In this document: piece by piece, positions 1 to 10,192 of the stretch
Layout: each line of letters begins with the position of its first letter
Numbering within the stretch: the stretch's first letter is position 1
The notes under the pieces: model-generated
Database searches by the model: none
The model's input: the letters and a program-made list of their open reading frames with translations, nothing else
What the model was told of the DNA's origin: nothing
Made by a program: the position numbers and the translations under genes
NCBI GenBank assembly: GCA_963933835.1
Contig: CAWVVV010000001.1
Coordinates: 480,001 to 544,000, forward strand
Direction of reading: 5' to 3'
DNA: 64,000 nt
Source of the DNA: an uncultured Puniceicoccaceae bacterium
Lineage (GTDB): Bacteria; Verrucomicrobiota; Verrucomicrobiia; Opitutales; Oceanipulchritudinaceae

Positions 1-451
1 AGGCATGCACGTAGACCTCTTTGACACCCGCCTCAGCACATAAATCGAGAAGACCAGAAAGGTGCTCCAGCATGGCGTGCACGCCGGCATCTGAAATGAG
101 GCCAAAAAGATGCAGTTTGCCGCTCTCACGAACACGCTCAAAGGCTGCATTCAAGACAGCGTTGTCCTTCAATGCACCACTGGCGAAGCCCTTATTAATG
201 CGGACGAGCTCCTGGTCGACGATACGCCCAGCACCGATATTTTGGTGCCCAACTTCACTGTTTCCCATAATACCAGCGGGCAGACCAACTTCGAGCCCAC
301 AGGCGTTCACTTCGGTCCGCGGCCATCCGTCTGTGAGGGCATCAGCGACAGGTGTAGGAGCGACTTTAATCGCATCGAAAGAATCATGATCAGGGTTGTG
401 GTTGCTTCCCCAGCCATCGCGGATGATTAAAACTACAGGTTTTCGTGACAT
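1..451 (-). CDS. gpmI: 2,3-bisphosphoglycerate-independent phosphoglycerate mutase (5' part; runs off window start)
   Basis: Manual translation from ATG at 451: [15 protein letters not shown]...[24 protein letters not shown]...[14 protein letters not shown], the iPGM signature motifs. Not in the ORF track because it is truncated. Confidence 0.95.
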   Translation of the reverse strand, partial: MSRKPVVLIIRDGWGSNHNPDHDSFDAIKVAPTPVADALTDGWPRTEVNACGLEVGLPAGIMGNSEVGHQNIGAGRIVDQELVRINKGFASGALKDNAVLNAAFERVRESGKLHLFGLISDAGVHAMLEHLSGLLDLCAEAGVKEVYVHA

Positions 452-609
452 ATCAGATCGGGTTGTGTCTTTTCTAGAATCGCGCCCATTGGAGGCACAA
501 TCAATGCTGGCTGTTAAAATCTACGAGTCAACGAAGTGACAAGGAGATTGCTCTCAAGAGTTTCTCCCGCTCAATACTCAGACTAGCCATCTACCAAAGA
601 TTCGACGCT

Positions 610-1314
610 ATGCGGACCCTTCAAAACATTGCCTTCGACGCAGACGACACCCTCTGGCACAACGAAACTATCTTCGCCGAGTCGCACCGCCGTTACTGCG
701 ACTTACTTGCACACTACCACGATAGTGAGACGGTTGAGAAAACCCTCTTTGCCACCGAGATGCGCAACCTTGAGCTCCTCGGCTACGGGGTGAAGGCACA
801 CGCCCTCTCCGCTATCGAAACCGCGATTGATCTTACTGATGGAACGATAACGGCAGACGAAATCAAAGGCATCCTGACGATTACGCGCGACATGCTTCGC
901 CAGCCCGTCGAACTCATCGATGGGGTCGTCGATGTACTTGAAAAGGTGGCCCAACGCTACCGCCTCTTTTTAATTACGAAGGGCGATCTACTTGACCAAG
1001 AGCGCAAAGTCGCGGCCAGTGGCTTGAGTCACTATTTCGAGTACATCGACGTTGTTTCGGAAAAAGATCCTCAAACCTACGAACGTCTCATCAAGCGCCT
1101 CGACGTCGATATTTCTCGTTTTGCGATGATCGGTAATTCACTCAAATCAGACGTCAAACCCGTGCTCGAACTTGGCGGTTACGGCATTCACGTCCCTTAC
1201 GCCATCACATGGGCCGCTGAAGAAACCTCCCTACCCGACGACAAGCACGCCGGCCGGTACTTCAAGATCAATGACCTCAGCGAGCTGCTTCCGCTCCTTG
1301 ATGAGATAGACTGA
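610..1314 (+). CDS. HAD family hydrolase
   Basis: FDADDTLW motif I, ITKGD and MIGNSLKSD motifs. Confidence 0.9.
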   Translation: MRTLQNIAFDADDTLWHNETIFAESHRRYCDLLAHYHDSETVEKTLFATEMRNLELLGYGVKAHALSAIETAIDLTDGTITADEIKGILTITRDMLRQPVELIDGVVDVLEKVAQRYRLFLITKGDLLDQERKVAASGLSHYFEYIDVVSEKDPQTYERLIKRLDVDISRFAMIGNSLKSDVKPVLELGGYGIHVPYAITWAAEETSLPDDKHAGRYFKINDLSELLPLLDEID

Positions 1315-1319
1315 CGCCG

Positions 1320-1868
1320 TTAAGCGTCGGTCGATGCGCCGTAGTCAGCGGCCGCTCGGCGGTAGACACGCACGACATTCCCCGTCACTTCATCGAGCGT
1401 TCGCCCCTCAGCGGAGACTCCAATGCCGCAGGACATGTAGACCGGTTCACGCACCGCAAGCAGCTTTCGAATACGGCCCTCGGGGTCTTCACCGTCGAGC
1501 AGCGGACGGCGATTATTCGTCGAGGTGCGGCGTAAAATTGTTTCTACACTAGCAAAGAGGCAGACAACAACGCCGAGCCCGGAGAGCAGTTCTCCACGTC
1601 CTTCTGGAATCGGCAAACCGCCACCACAGGCAACGACCTGACCAGACGTCGGATGCCCTTCGACGAGGAACTTTCGCTCCTGTTCACGAAAACAATCTTC
1701 TCCATCGGTCTCAAAAATCTTTCGAATACGGCGGCCTTCGGCAGCCTCGATGGCTGTGTCGGAATCAATGAACGGGTATTTCAATATCCGTGCAACGTTG
1801 CGCCCGACCGCGCTTTTGCCGACGCCCATAAAGCCAACAAGGTATAAGTTTGGGCGATTCTCAGACAT
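1320..1868 (-). CDS. aroK: Shikimate kinase
   Basis: LVGFMGVGKS P-loop, FIDSD, GGG and RPLL motifs. Confidence 0.95.
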   Translation of the reverse strand: MSENRPNLYLVGFMGVGKSAVGRNVARILKYPFIDSDTAIEAAEGRRIRKIFETDGEDCFREQERKFLVEGHPTSGQVVACGGGLPIPEGRGELLSGLGVVVCLFASVETILRRTSTNNRRPLLDGEDPEGRIRKLLAVREPVYMSCGIGVSAEGRTLDEVTGNVVRVYRRAAADYGASTDA

Positions 1869-2016
1869 ATCTTCGAGCGTGGGCGTCCCTTCTCATGGGG
1901 CAACAGCAAAGGCGTTGCCGCGCCACCTAAGGATGGCTTCAAAGAATCCAGCTTGCGGACGCTTACCCGCCTTTGCATCGTCCTAGACCCACTGCAGACG
2001 CCCGAAACAAAGCCCA

Positions 2017-2496
2017 ATGCCTCCACTTCAAATACACCACCCAGACTACAAGTTCAGTGACCCAGCGGATTTCTCGACGACCTATTCGCGCCTAAAATCA
2101 GACGCCGGAGTTGACGCGTCGCACCTCCACGCCCGGTTTCAAATCAATGAGATCGAAGAGATTGCGCTCTTTTCGGAAGTAGAAAACGCCCTCATTGGAG
2201 GTCTGTCTCACGCAACACGGGAAGACGGCGCAGTGGTTGCCTTTCAAATTTGGATCGCTCCTCCATTCCGCGAACGAGGCCACGCAACGGTAGCCGGGAA
2301 AGCATTTGTTCAGGCTCAATTTGAAAACGGATGCCATCGCCTCGAAACCGCCCACCGTTCTGGAGATGGAGCGCCTGATCGGCTCGTCCAAAATCTGCGT
2401 TTCTTGCCCGAAGGCATTCAGCGCTCAGCACTCCGACAGAAGGGGCAATGGATTGACCTCGCTCATTACGGGCTTTTGGCACTCGACCCACGGTGA
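2017..2496 (+). CDS. GNAT family N-acetyltransferase (RimJ/RimL-like)
   Basis: WIAPPFRERGHAT acetyl-CoA motif; F.PEG..R...GQWIDLAHYGLL C-terminus. Confidence 0.75.
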   Translation: MPPLQIHHPDYKFSDPADFSTTYSRLKSDAGVDASHLHARFQINEIEEIALFSEVENALIGGLSHATREDGAVVAFQIWIAPPFRERGHATVAGKAFVQAQFENGCHRLETAHRSGDGAPDRLVQNLRFLPEGIQRSALRQKGQWIDLAHYGLLALDPR

Positions 2497-2549
2497 GATT
2501 GAGGAGCAACCTCTCTTGCAACTCGGATCAATCGAAGTAGGTTAGTTTC

Positions 2550-3032
2550 ATGCAACGGGAAATCTCACCAGCAAAAGTCAAAGGAGTCATGCCGACCTCA
2601 AACGGCTGCGCCCTCTTTGTTGGCCCGGAAGAGAAGACCTTCATCATCTATGTCGACTCAAGTGTCGGCAGCACGATCTCGATGATCATCGAAGACGTGA
2701 AGCGTGACCGCCCGATGACTCACGAACTCATCGGGCATTTTTTCACAGGCTTCGGCGTCGAGCTTCAGCGGGTCGTGATCAATCACGTTTCCGAAGGAAC
2801 CTTCTATGCCCGTATCATCCTAAAGATGGAAAACGAGCTCGGCCAAAAAATCGTCGAAATCGATGCTCGACCGAGCGATTCGATCGCACTCGCTCTCTTC
2901 CATAAGAGCCCAATCTACGTCCATCAGTCAGTGCTCGATTCAGTGGAAGATGTCACCGAGCTCCTCGAGCGCATCTTAAAAGAACAGTCGGACTCAGAGA
3001 AAAATAAAACCGACGACGATCCTGTGTTATAG
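2550..3032 (+). CDS. Bifunctional nuclease family protein (DUF151)
   Basis: RPMTHEL, GTFYARI and IDARPSDSIALAL motifs. Confidence 0.92.
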   Translation: MQREISPAKVKGVMPTSNGCALFVGPEEKTFIIYVDSSVGSTISMIIEDVKRDRPMTHELIGHFFTGFGVELQRVVINHVSEGTFYARIILKMENELGQKIVEIDARPSDSIALALFHKSPIYVHQSVLDSVEDVTELLERILKEQSDSEKNKTDDDPVL

Positions 3033-3035
3033 AGC

Positions 3036-4115
3036 ATGCACTCGCTCCCTCCGACCCTCGATGCCAGCACGCTGCCCACGGCACTGGCACCCATGCAGGA
3101 CGTAACGACGCTCCCCTTTATGCGGCTGATGCTGCACTACGGAGCACCGGACTACTTCTTCACTGAATACTTTAGGGCCCATCCACAATCGACCCCCGAA
3201 CGCCAAATTCTAAGCGCACTCGATGGCATCGGACCACAACACCCCATCTTTGCCCAGATCATCGGTGAAGACATCAGCTCAGTTACGCGGACCATGCGTG
3301 CGCTAGAGCCCTACCCGATCGCAGGCATCGATCTCAACATGGGCTGTCCTGCCCCCAAGATTTATAAAAAGAACGTAGGCGGTGGTCTGCTCCGTGACCC
3401 AGCAAAAGTTGATCAACTCCTCGGAGCGATGAGAGAGACGACCGACGGACGTTTCACCGTGAAGATGCGTATTGGTTTTGCTGACACGTCATTGTTTTTC
3501 GAACTCCTAGATGTGATTCGAAGCCATGCCGTTGAACTCGTTTCGATTCACGGGCGCACAGTGAAACAGATGTATCGGGGTGAGGTGGACTATGAGATGA
3601 TTGCAGAGGCAAAGAAACGACTCACCTGCCCTGTCTTTGCCAACGGCAACATCACTTCGGCAGAAAAAGCCCTCCAAGTGCAAAAAGCCAGTGGAGTCGA
3701 CGGCATCATGATCGGCCGTAGCGCGATCAGGAACCCGTGGATTTTCACGCAAATCAGAGCGCTCGCGCGGGGAGAGCCACTCTTTAGGCCCACCCTCGGT
3801 GACGTCCGCAACTATATCGACGCGCTCTGGGAGACCTTTAAAAACCCAGATGTGCCAGACCATCTGCAGACGAATTTCATCAAAAAGTTCCTCAATTTCG
3901 TCGGACAGGGCGTGGATCCAGAAGGACAGTTTCTTAAGAAAATGCGACGTGCCAGCTCTCGGTCCGAGCTCTTCGAGATCTGCGACTATTGGCTCATCGA
4001 GAACGGCCGCTGTGATCAACCCTTTGCCACGGAGCCTTACGAGGGCGTGATCGCTCGCCCAAATCGAGAAGGCGATGAGCAATCAAAGAATGCGGCGCAG
4101 AGCTGCTCTCTTTGA
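3036..4115 (+). CDS. tRNA-dihydrouridine synthase family protein
   Basis: [20 protein letters not shown] and GIMIGR motifs. Confidence 0.92.
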   Translation: MHSLPPTLDASTLPTALAPMQDVTTLPFMRLMLHYGAPDYFFTEYFRAHPQSTPERQILSALDGIGPQHPIFAQIIGEDISSVTRTMRALEPYPIAGIDLNMGCPAPKIYKKNVGGGLLRDPAKVDQLLGAMRETTDGRFTVKMRIGFADTSLFFELLDVIRSHAVELVSIHGRTVKQMYRGEVDYEMIAEAKKRLTCPVFANGNITSAEKALQVQKASGVDGIMIGRSAIRNPWIFTQIRALARGEPLFRPTLGDVRNYIDALWETFKNPDVPDHLQTNFIKKFLNFVGQGVDPEGQFLKKMRRASSRSELFEICDYWLIENGRCDQPFATEPYEGVIARPNREGDEQSKNAAQSCSL

Positions 4116-4185
4116 GCACTTCGAAGCCTTTCAACAAATCTGGCGTTGCACTCTTTCTGCACGGGAGCTCATGCTATTTATAAAT

Positions 4186-5154
4186 ATGAACTCTTCCACA
4201 GACCAACTCTCACAACTGAAGCAATTCACCACCGTAGTGGCGGATACTGGCGACTTTACGTCGATGAAGGCCTATACGCCTCAAGACGCGACAACGAACC
4301 CGACTCTCATCCTGAAAGCGGTCCAAAAGGAAAAATACGCTTCGATTCTCAACCAAGCGATCAAAGATGCTTCCGCCAGCGGCGCCTCGGGCGAAGAGCT
4401 TGTAGATAAAGTCGCTGACCGCCTTCTCGTTTTGTTCGGCCTCGAAATCCTTAAAATCGTTCCAGGCCGCGTCAGCACTGAGATCGACGCCCGCCTTTCT
4501 TTCAATACTGAAGCGAGCATCGCGAAAGGCCGTGAGATCATCGCGATGTATGAGGCTGAAGGCATTCCTCGTGGACGCATCCTGATCAAGATCGCCTCGA
4601 CCTGGGAAGGTCTTGCTGCTGCCAAAGTGCTGCAAGCAGAAGGCATCAACTGTAACCTGACTTTGCTCTTCTCCCTCGCTCAAGCGGTCGTAGCGGCAAA
4701 CAACGGCGTAAAGCTGATCAGCCCGTTTGTCGGCCGGATTCTTGATTGGCACAAAGCTTCGGCAGGAAAAGACTTCGTCGGAGCAGAAGACCCAGGAGTT
4801 CAATCGGTCACCGAGATCTACCACTACTACAAGCGTTTCGGCCACACAACCGAAGTGATGGGCGCCAGCTTCCGTAACATCGGCGAAATCCAAGAACTCG
4901 CTGGATGCGACCTGCTCACGATCAGCCCGAACCTGCTCGAAGAACTTGCATCTACGAATGCGCCGCTTGAAAAGAAATTGAACTCGGACGCTTCGGCCAA
5001 TCTCGACATCAAGGAGCTTAACCTAGACGAAACGAGCTTCCGCTGGGCGATGAACGAAGATCCGATGGCGACCGAAAAACTCGCCCATGGTATCCGTTCG
5101 TTTGCAGCAGACACCGAATCACTCTTCGCCCTCCTGCGCGAAAAGCTGGCTTAA
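4186..5154 (+). CDS. tal: Transaldolase
   Basis: [24 protein letters not shown] and ISPFVGRI motifs; start refined to ATG 4186. Confidence 0.97.
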   Translation: MNSSTDQLSQLKQFTTVVADTGDFTSMKAYTPQDATTNPTLILKAVQKEKYASILNQAIKDASASGASGEELVDKVADRLLVLFGLEILKIVPGRVSTEIDARLSFNTEASIAKGREIIAMYEAEGIPRGRILIKIASTWEGLAAAKVLQAEGINCNLTLLFSLAQAVVAANNGVKLISPFVGRILDWHKASAGKDFVGAEDPGVQSVTEIYHYYKRFGHTTEVMGASFRNIGEIQELAGCDLLTISPNLLEELASTNAPLEKKLNSDASANLDIKELNLDETSFRWAMNEDPMATEKLAHGIRSFAADTESLFALLREKLA

Positions 5155-5174
5155 TTCGCTGAAGCAATCTTCCA

Positions 5175-5480
5175 ATGATACACCATCTCGTCTTTTTCCG
5201 TTTTAAGGAAACCGCTCGCGGTAACTCAAAAACGGCAAATATCGCAGAGGTTCAAGCGATGCTTGAGGCGCTGCCAGACGCGATTCCAGGTATCAAGACC
5301 TTGAGCTGCGGCAGCGATTTCAGCCAAACGCCCGTCTCCTTTGATTTCGGACTCTACACTGCGTTTGAGACAGCCGAAGACTTGGAGGCATATCGGGTGC
5401 ACACAGCGCACCAAGCTGTCGTTGAATTGATCAAAGAAACGACAAGCGACCGCGCGGTCGTGGATTACGAAACAGCGTAG
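5175..5480 (+). CDS. Dabb family (stress-responsive A/B barrel) protein
   Basis: MIHHLVFFRFK start; FETAEDLEAYRVHTAHQ...VVDY motif. Confidence 0.88.
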   Translation: MIHHLVFFRFKETARGNSKTANIAEVQAMLEALPDAIPGIKTLSCGSDFSQTPVSFDFGLYTAFETAEDLEAYRVHTAHQAVVELIKETTSDRAVVDYETA

Positions 5481-5506
5481 CGAGCAAAGTATCGCTTACT
5501 TTTTAT

Positions 5507-5546
5507 AAAGCCCTTCGGCCGCAGTGTGTGGTCGAGGGGCTTTTTC
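5507..5546. terminator. Rho-independent, probably bidirectional terminator
   Basis: aaagCCCTTCGGCC-loop-GGTCGAGGGGCttttt between the convergent dabb and glgE genes. Confidence 0.75.
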
Positions 5547-5553
5547 TTACTCC

Positions 5554-7524
5554 CTAATGGCGCTGAACTTGAAAAATGTGTGCGGGTGACTTTGCAGGAT
5601 CGAGCTTCACGAAATTATTAGTCCCACGCCAGCGGTAACTCGTCCGTGACGGGTCGAGCAAATCTGTAATGGTGAATTCTGCATCCGGCCCAAAACCCAT
5701 GCTTTCGAGCGAGATATTAAGCGTTCCAGACTGAGGGTTAAACCAGTCCATATTCACTACCACGATAAACTGATTCGTGCGATCAAAGTTCTGCTTCATG
5801 TAGGCAATAATCTGTGGATTGTCACAGTCGATGAAGCTGACGTTTTGCGTCCGTTGGAAAGCGCGGTTCTCGTTTCGGATGCGATTAACTGCCGCAATCT
5901 CCGCTTTGATATTACCAGGAGCGTTCCAATCCCATGCCTTGAGCTGATACTTCTCATTGTTGATATACTCTTCCTTGCCTGGGTAAGGCTCAGTGTCGAG
6001 TAGCTCATATGCCGGTCCATAAATCCCGATATTCGAGGAAAGCGTCGCCGCGAGAACGTATCGGCCAATGAAGGTCGCTCGATTCCCTTTCTGCAAATCA
6101 GCGTGCAAAATGTCTGGGGTATTCGGCCAGATGCTCGGCCAAAAGTAATCAGCCACTTCGGTCTGGGTTAACTCTTCGATATACTCGCGGAGATCGCTCG
6201 GGTTGTTTCTCCAAGTGAAGTAGGTGTATCCATGAGTGAATCCAGCTTTTGCCAACCAGTACTTCCGCTTTGGGCGAGTGAAAGCTTCGGCGAGAAAAAT
6301 CGTCTCGGGGTGGACCATCTTTAACTCCAGAATACACCAGTGCCAAAAGGCCATCGACTTGGTGTGCGGGTTATCCACACGGAAGATCGTTACGCCCTGC
6401 TCGATCCAAAATTCGAATACTGATTTCAGCTCTGCCCACAGTGCCTTGTAATCCGCAGTCTCGAAATTGATTGGGAGGATATCTTCGTAGCGCTTGGGCG
6501 GATTTTCTGCATATTGAACCGTTCCGTCTGGGCGCCAGTTAAACCACTCCGGATGTTCTTTCACCCATGGATGGTCTGGGGCGCATTGAAAGGCGAGGTC
6601 GAGAGCAACTTCGAGACCATGATTGGATGCGTCACTAACGAGATCAGCAAAATCGCCCAAGGTCCCAAGCGCAGGTAAAATCGACTTGTGCCCACCCTCT
6701 TTAGATCCAATCGCCCATGGGCTACCGACATCATCCTTCGTCGGCGTCAGCGAGTTATTACGCCCTTTGCGATTAACATGGCCAATAGGGTGAATCGGCG
6801 GGAAGTAAATCACCTGGAAGCCCATCCGAGAGACCTCTCCAAGCCGCGAACGGGCATCTTGAAGCGTGCCATGGCGGACGCCATCATTCGAACACGAGCG
6901 CGGAAAGTATTCATACCAAGTGCTGAACGATGCCCTTTCACGTTCAACAAGCATCTGCCCAGGTTGGCTTTTTACCTCGAGGGCTTTGTCCGGATAACTA
7001 CGGAGAAGTTCGTTCAGCGAATGCTCCCGAATGAGCTTCAAGCGCTGGTCAAAGTCTCTCTCGGTGTCGCTGAGAAAATCAGCCCAGTCACTCATCTGCT
7101 TGGCCGTGTCACCACGAGCGCGGGCAGATGCCTTCTTGATGAGCTCAGCACCTATCAATAGGTCGACCGAAATATCTGTCCCACTATCGACTTTCTTAGC
7201 AAAGCCGGAAGCCCAACTGCCAAAGTGGTCAATGCCAGCCCCCACTTCATACTCGAAGAGTCCCAATTCAGTTAGATCGTATTCGCAGGCATACTCATCA
7301 TTTCCCGTCGGCCCCATCTTCAATCGATCCCAATTCCTGGAACCAGCCTTCCTAATTCTCAACTCTACCGTGAGTAAATCATGGCTATCCGTAATTACAG
7401 CGGCTCGGAATGTCACACGATCCCATAACACGCGCTTGAACGGAAACGCACCACCATCAACAGATGGCTTTACATAATCGATAACGACCCGCTGTGGGCT
7501 AGGCTGATGACTGACCTTAAGCAT
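5554..7524 (-). CDS. glgE: Alpha-1,4-glucan:maltose-1-phosphate maltosyltransferase
   Basis: WYEYFPRS, PPIHPIG, RKGRNN, GSPWAIG, YAENPPKRYEDI, FRVDNPHTK and FLAEAFTRP motifs. Confidence 0.96.
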   Translation of the reverse strand: MLKVSHQPSPQRVVIDYVKPSVDGGAFPFKRVLWDRVTFRAAVITDSHDLLTVELRIRKAGSRNWDRLKMGPTGNDEYACEYDLTELGLFEYEVGAGIDHFGSWASGFAKKVDSGTDISVDLLIGAELIKKASARARGDTAKQMSDWADFLSDTERDFDQRLKLIREHSLNELLRSYPDKALEVKSQPGQMLVERERASFSTWYEYFPRSCSNDGVRHGTLQDARSRLGEVSRMGFQVIYFPPIHPIGHVNRKGRNNSLTPTKDDVGSPWAIGSKEGGHKSILPALGTLGDFADLVSDASNHGLEVALDLAFQCAPDHPWVKEHPEWFNWRPDGTVQYAENPPKRYEDILPINFETADYKALWAELKSVFEFWIEQGVTIFRVDNPHTKSMAFWHWCILELKMVHPETIFLAEAFTRPKRKYWLAKAGFTHGYTYFTWRNNPSDLREYIEELTQTEVADYFWPSIWPNTPDILHADLQKGNRATFIGRYVLAATLSSNIGIYGPAYELLDTEPYPGKEEYINNEKYQLKAWDWNAPGNIKAEIAAVNRIRNENRAFQRTQNVSFIDCDNPQIIAYMKQNFDRTNQFIVVVNMDWFNPQSGTLNISLESMGFGPDAEFTITDLLDPSRTSYRWRGTNNFVKLDPAKSPAHIFQVQRH

Positions 7525-7556
7525 TTATGATGGTGTGACTTGGAAATAGGGAGGCA

Positions 7557-8762
7557 TTACTTTTCGAGAAGCGATTCGTAGAGTTTGCTCGTTTGCTCCG
7601 CGATAGAGGTCCAACTGAAGTTTTCAATTGCCCGCTTACGCCCAGCAGCGGCGAACTCAGCTCGGCGCTCGGGATTCGCCATTAGGCGATTTACCTGAAA
7701 GGCTAGGTCCTTCGCAAAAGCTTCCGGATGCAACGGACTAAATGGGCTCTCGGGCTCTTGCGCAACGGGAACTAAATAACCGGTTTCATCATGAACAACG
7801 ACCTCTGGAATCCCGCCCACTGCAGACGCTACAACAGGTGTTTCACAAGCCATTGCTTCTAAGTTTATGATCCCGAACGGCTCGTAAATTGAAGGGCAGC
7901 AGAAGACATCTGCACCTGAGTAAAGTTGAATGAGCGCCTTTTTATCGACCATATCTTCAACCCAATAAACGCCCTCACGCTCTTTTTGAACCTCAGAGAC
8001 TGCTGAGGCCATTTCTTTGGCAATTGCAGGCGTATCTGGAGCGCCTGCGCAAAGGACGACATTAAACCCTTTATCTAGATGCTTAATCGCATCGACGAGG
8101 TGAATGATGCCTTTTTGACGAGTGATACGACCAATAAAAAGGATGTAGGGCTCGTTCTCAGGTATTCCAAAGCGTTGAAGAGTTGCCTTCGGGTCGACCT
8201 TCCTAAACTCTTCCGGATCAATCCCGTTGTAGATGATCTCGATTTTGTCTGGATCGACCGCAAAATGCTCCAATACATCGCGACGCGTTCCAGCTGATAC
8301 CGCGACGACAGCATCAGCCATCTCTAATGCGGTCTTTTCCACCCAAAGGCTAAAATCATAGCCGCCCTCAAGCTGTTCACGCTTCCACGGTCTCAATGGT
8401 TCGAGCGAATGAACCGTCACCACAAGCGGAATGCCGTAGGCCATTTTTGTAAGAATTCCAGCCATGTGCACATACCACGTATGGCAATGGACCACGTCTG
8501 CATCGATATTATCGAGGTTGAAGTTCAGCCCTCGTCCAATTGCCCCAAGGACGCTTAGGAGGTGCTTAGGAGCGGTCGCCTCATCTAGCTTAAAATCATA
8601 GCCTTTGACTCGGGTAGAACCATCCACCGAGTCTTGGTCACCAAAAGCGCGAACATCAACGCCGACCAATTTAGCCAGCTCTCGACTGAGATACCCTACA
8701 TGGACACCAGCGCCACCATAGGTGTAGGGGGGGAATTCGTTCGTATATAGGAGAGCCTTCAT
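7557..8762 (-). CDS. glgA: GT4 glycogen synthase / alpha-maltose-1-phosphate synthase (actinobacterial GlgA/GlgM type)
   Basis: EFPPYTYGGAGVHV, HTWY, HSLEPLRPWKREQL and CPSIYEPFGIINLEAM motifs; directly upstream of glgE. Confidence 0.9.
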   Translation of the reverse strand: MKALLYTNEFPPYTYGGAGVHVGYLSRELAKLVGVDVRAFGDQDSVDGSTRVKGYDFKLDEATAPKHLLSVLGAIGRGLNFNLDNIDADVVHCHTWYVHMAGILTKMAYGIPLVVTVHSLEPLRPWKREQLEGGYDFSLWVEKTALEMADAVVAVSAGTRRDVLEHFAVDPDKIEIIYNGIDPEEFRKVDPKATLQRFGIPENEPYILFIGRITRQKGIIHLVDAIKHLDKGFNVVLCAGAPDTPAIAKEMASAVSEVQKEREGVYWVEDMVDKKALIQLYSGADVFCCPSIYEPFGIINLEAMACETPVVASAVGGIPEVVVHDETGYLVPVAQEPESPFSPLHPEAFAKDLAFQVNRLMANPERRAEFAAAGRKRAIENFSWTSIAEQTSKLYESLLEK

Positions 8763-8818
8763 CGGGACATAATAGCGAAAGTTTACGAACGTCCCGCAAT
8801 CTCAATTCTTCAAAATCG

Positions 8819-9855
8819 CTATGCGGGCTGCTCGAACTTGAAATTAAAAATCGGCACGAGCACCAAGAGAGCGAGCACGACTGGGGCAATGACGGCATAT
8901 CCCAGAAAATCGTGCAGTGAACCTAAGTCCTGCCCGACCAAGAAAATGTGCTCATCGATCGCATCAGGCCCGTGATTGTATGCCCATATTGTGAGAAAGA
9001 GGCTTCGCCCAATATTCGTCAAAAAGGCAAAGAACATCGCCGCAATAACCATTGTGACTTTCTTCCAGAGGCTACCAAATCCGACTGGAAGAGACATCGA
9101 AGCCAAGAAAGATCCGGCAAACAATGAGGCCATTAGCGAGTAAATCCCCGAACACGCCTCCGCGACACCTACCCTGCCCGTTGGCAACACAAGGACGCTC
9201 CCTTCTCGCACAATAGAAAAGCCCAAAATGTCGCAGATTCCAAATACAATGACCGCGACCTTGTTCATGAGAAAGGTGCGGATGGTATTGTCTAAAAAAC
9301 TAAATAACGGAGCCGAAAGCACCCATATCAAGGCAGGAAAGAGAAACAACCCAACCAACATCCACCGCTCAGCTAATGGAATCCGCTCACCACACTTTCG
9401 TCGTTCGCAGAACACATAGACCGCAGCCAACATCAAAGCGCGTTGGACATCGCCATGAATTGAGTCGTCACAAGATTATGGCCCTCCATCACTCGATAGA
9501 GCGCAGCAAAAGCGACCCAAACAAAGCCCAAGACGACAGCTGCCCCGGCGGCTAAATCTGAAAACCGTTCTACCCAAGTAGGTAGTTTCAAACTTCTCGC
9601 TCTCGTCAGACTACGAGCCCAAGCACGCTCCTCTTCGGATCTCCCGGGGGTCGCGGACCCATCAATGATCAAACGAAAATATGCCTTACGCTCATTCAGC
9701 ACCCAAAAGACCAAAACAGGAACGAGAAAGCCAAACAGATACTCCTCGCGAATCCGCCACCAATACTGTTGATCCCAGATCAGAAAAAGCAAAATAAGAC
9801 CGACCAAGGCTGCCGCAGTGCGGCTAAAATTATCCCATTTGAAAGACTCAACCAT
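8819..9855 (-). pseudogene. Exosortase/archaeosortase family protein, split into two ORFs (9433-9855 and 8819-9436)
   Basis: The C-terminal ORF has VAEACSGIYSL, NIGR and LHD (the Cys/Arg/His triad). The N-terminal ORF has EEYLFGFLVP and TM helices. One extra T in GCG CTT TGA would fuse them into 345 aa. Confidence 0.85.
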
Positions 9856-9978
9856 TTTTCAAGAGATCCGACAAAGTCTTGTTCATTCTACACTGGCAAG
9901 CTTGCAAGGTAGCTTGAGGAGCAATTCACTTAAAAATCACTTGCCAAGGACATAAATGCACAGCTCTATGGGATGTTT

Positions 9979-10179
9979 ATGAGCGAAGAACAGCCAGCAG
10001 AGACAACAGCATCTAAGAACCCGATGGAACTTACTCATCTGGATGTTGAGCTCCTATCCCGCCACGTCACTGACACCGGAAAGATTTTACCTCGTCGCAT
10101 CACGGGCCTCACAGCTGTGCAGCAACGCCACATTACGCGCCAAATCAAACGTGCACGTAATCTCCTCCTCATGAAGTAA
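9979..10179 (+). CDS. rpsR: 30S ribosomal protein S18 (Cys-free form)
   Basis: [12 protein letters not shown]...[13 protein letters not shown] motif; alternative start at 9973. Confidence 0.93.
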   Translation: MSEEQPAETTASKNPMELTHLDVELLSRHVTDTGKILPRRITGLTAVQQRHITRQIKRARNLLLMK

Positions 10180-10192
10180 TACTTGTCGGCCA

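Noticed and set aside
9430..9440. prfB-like CTT TGA programmed frameshift in the exosortase
   Set aside because: The prfB shift is +1 with an upstream SD-like sequence. Joining these ORFs needs -1, and there is no slippery heptamer.
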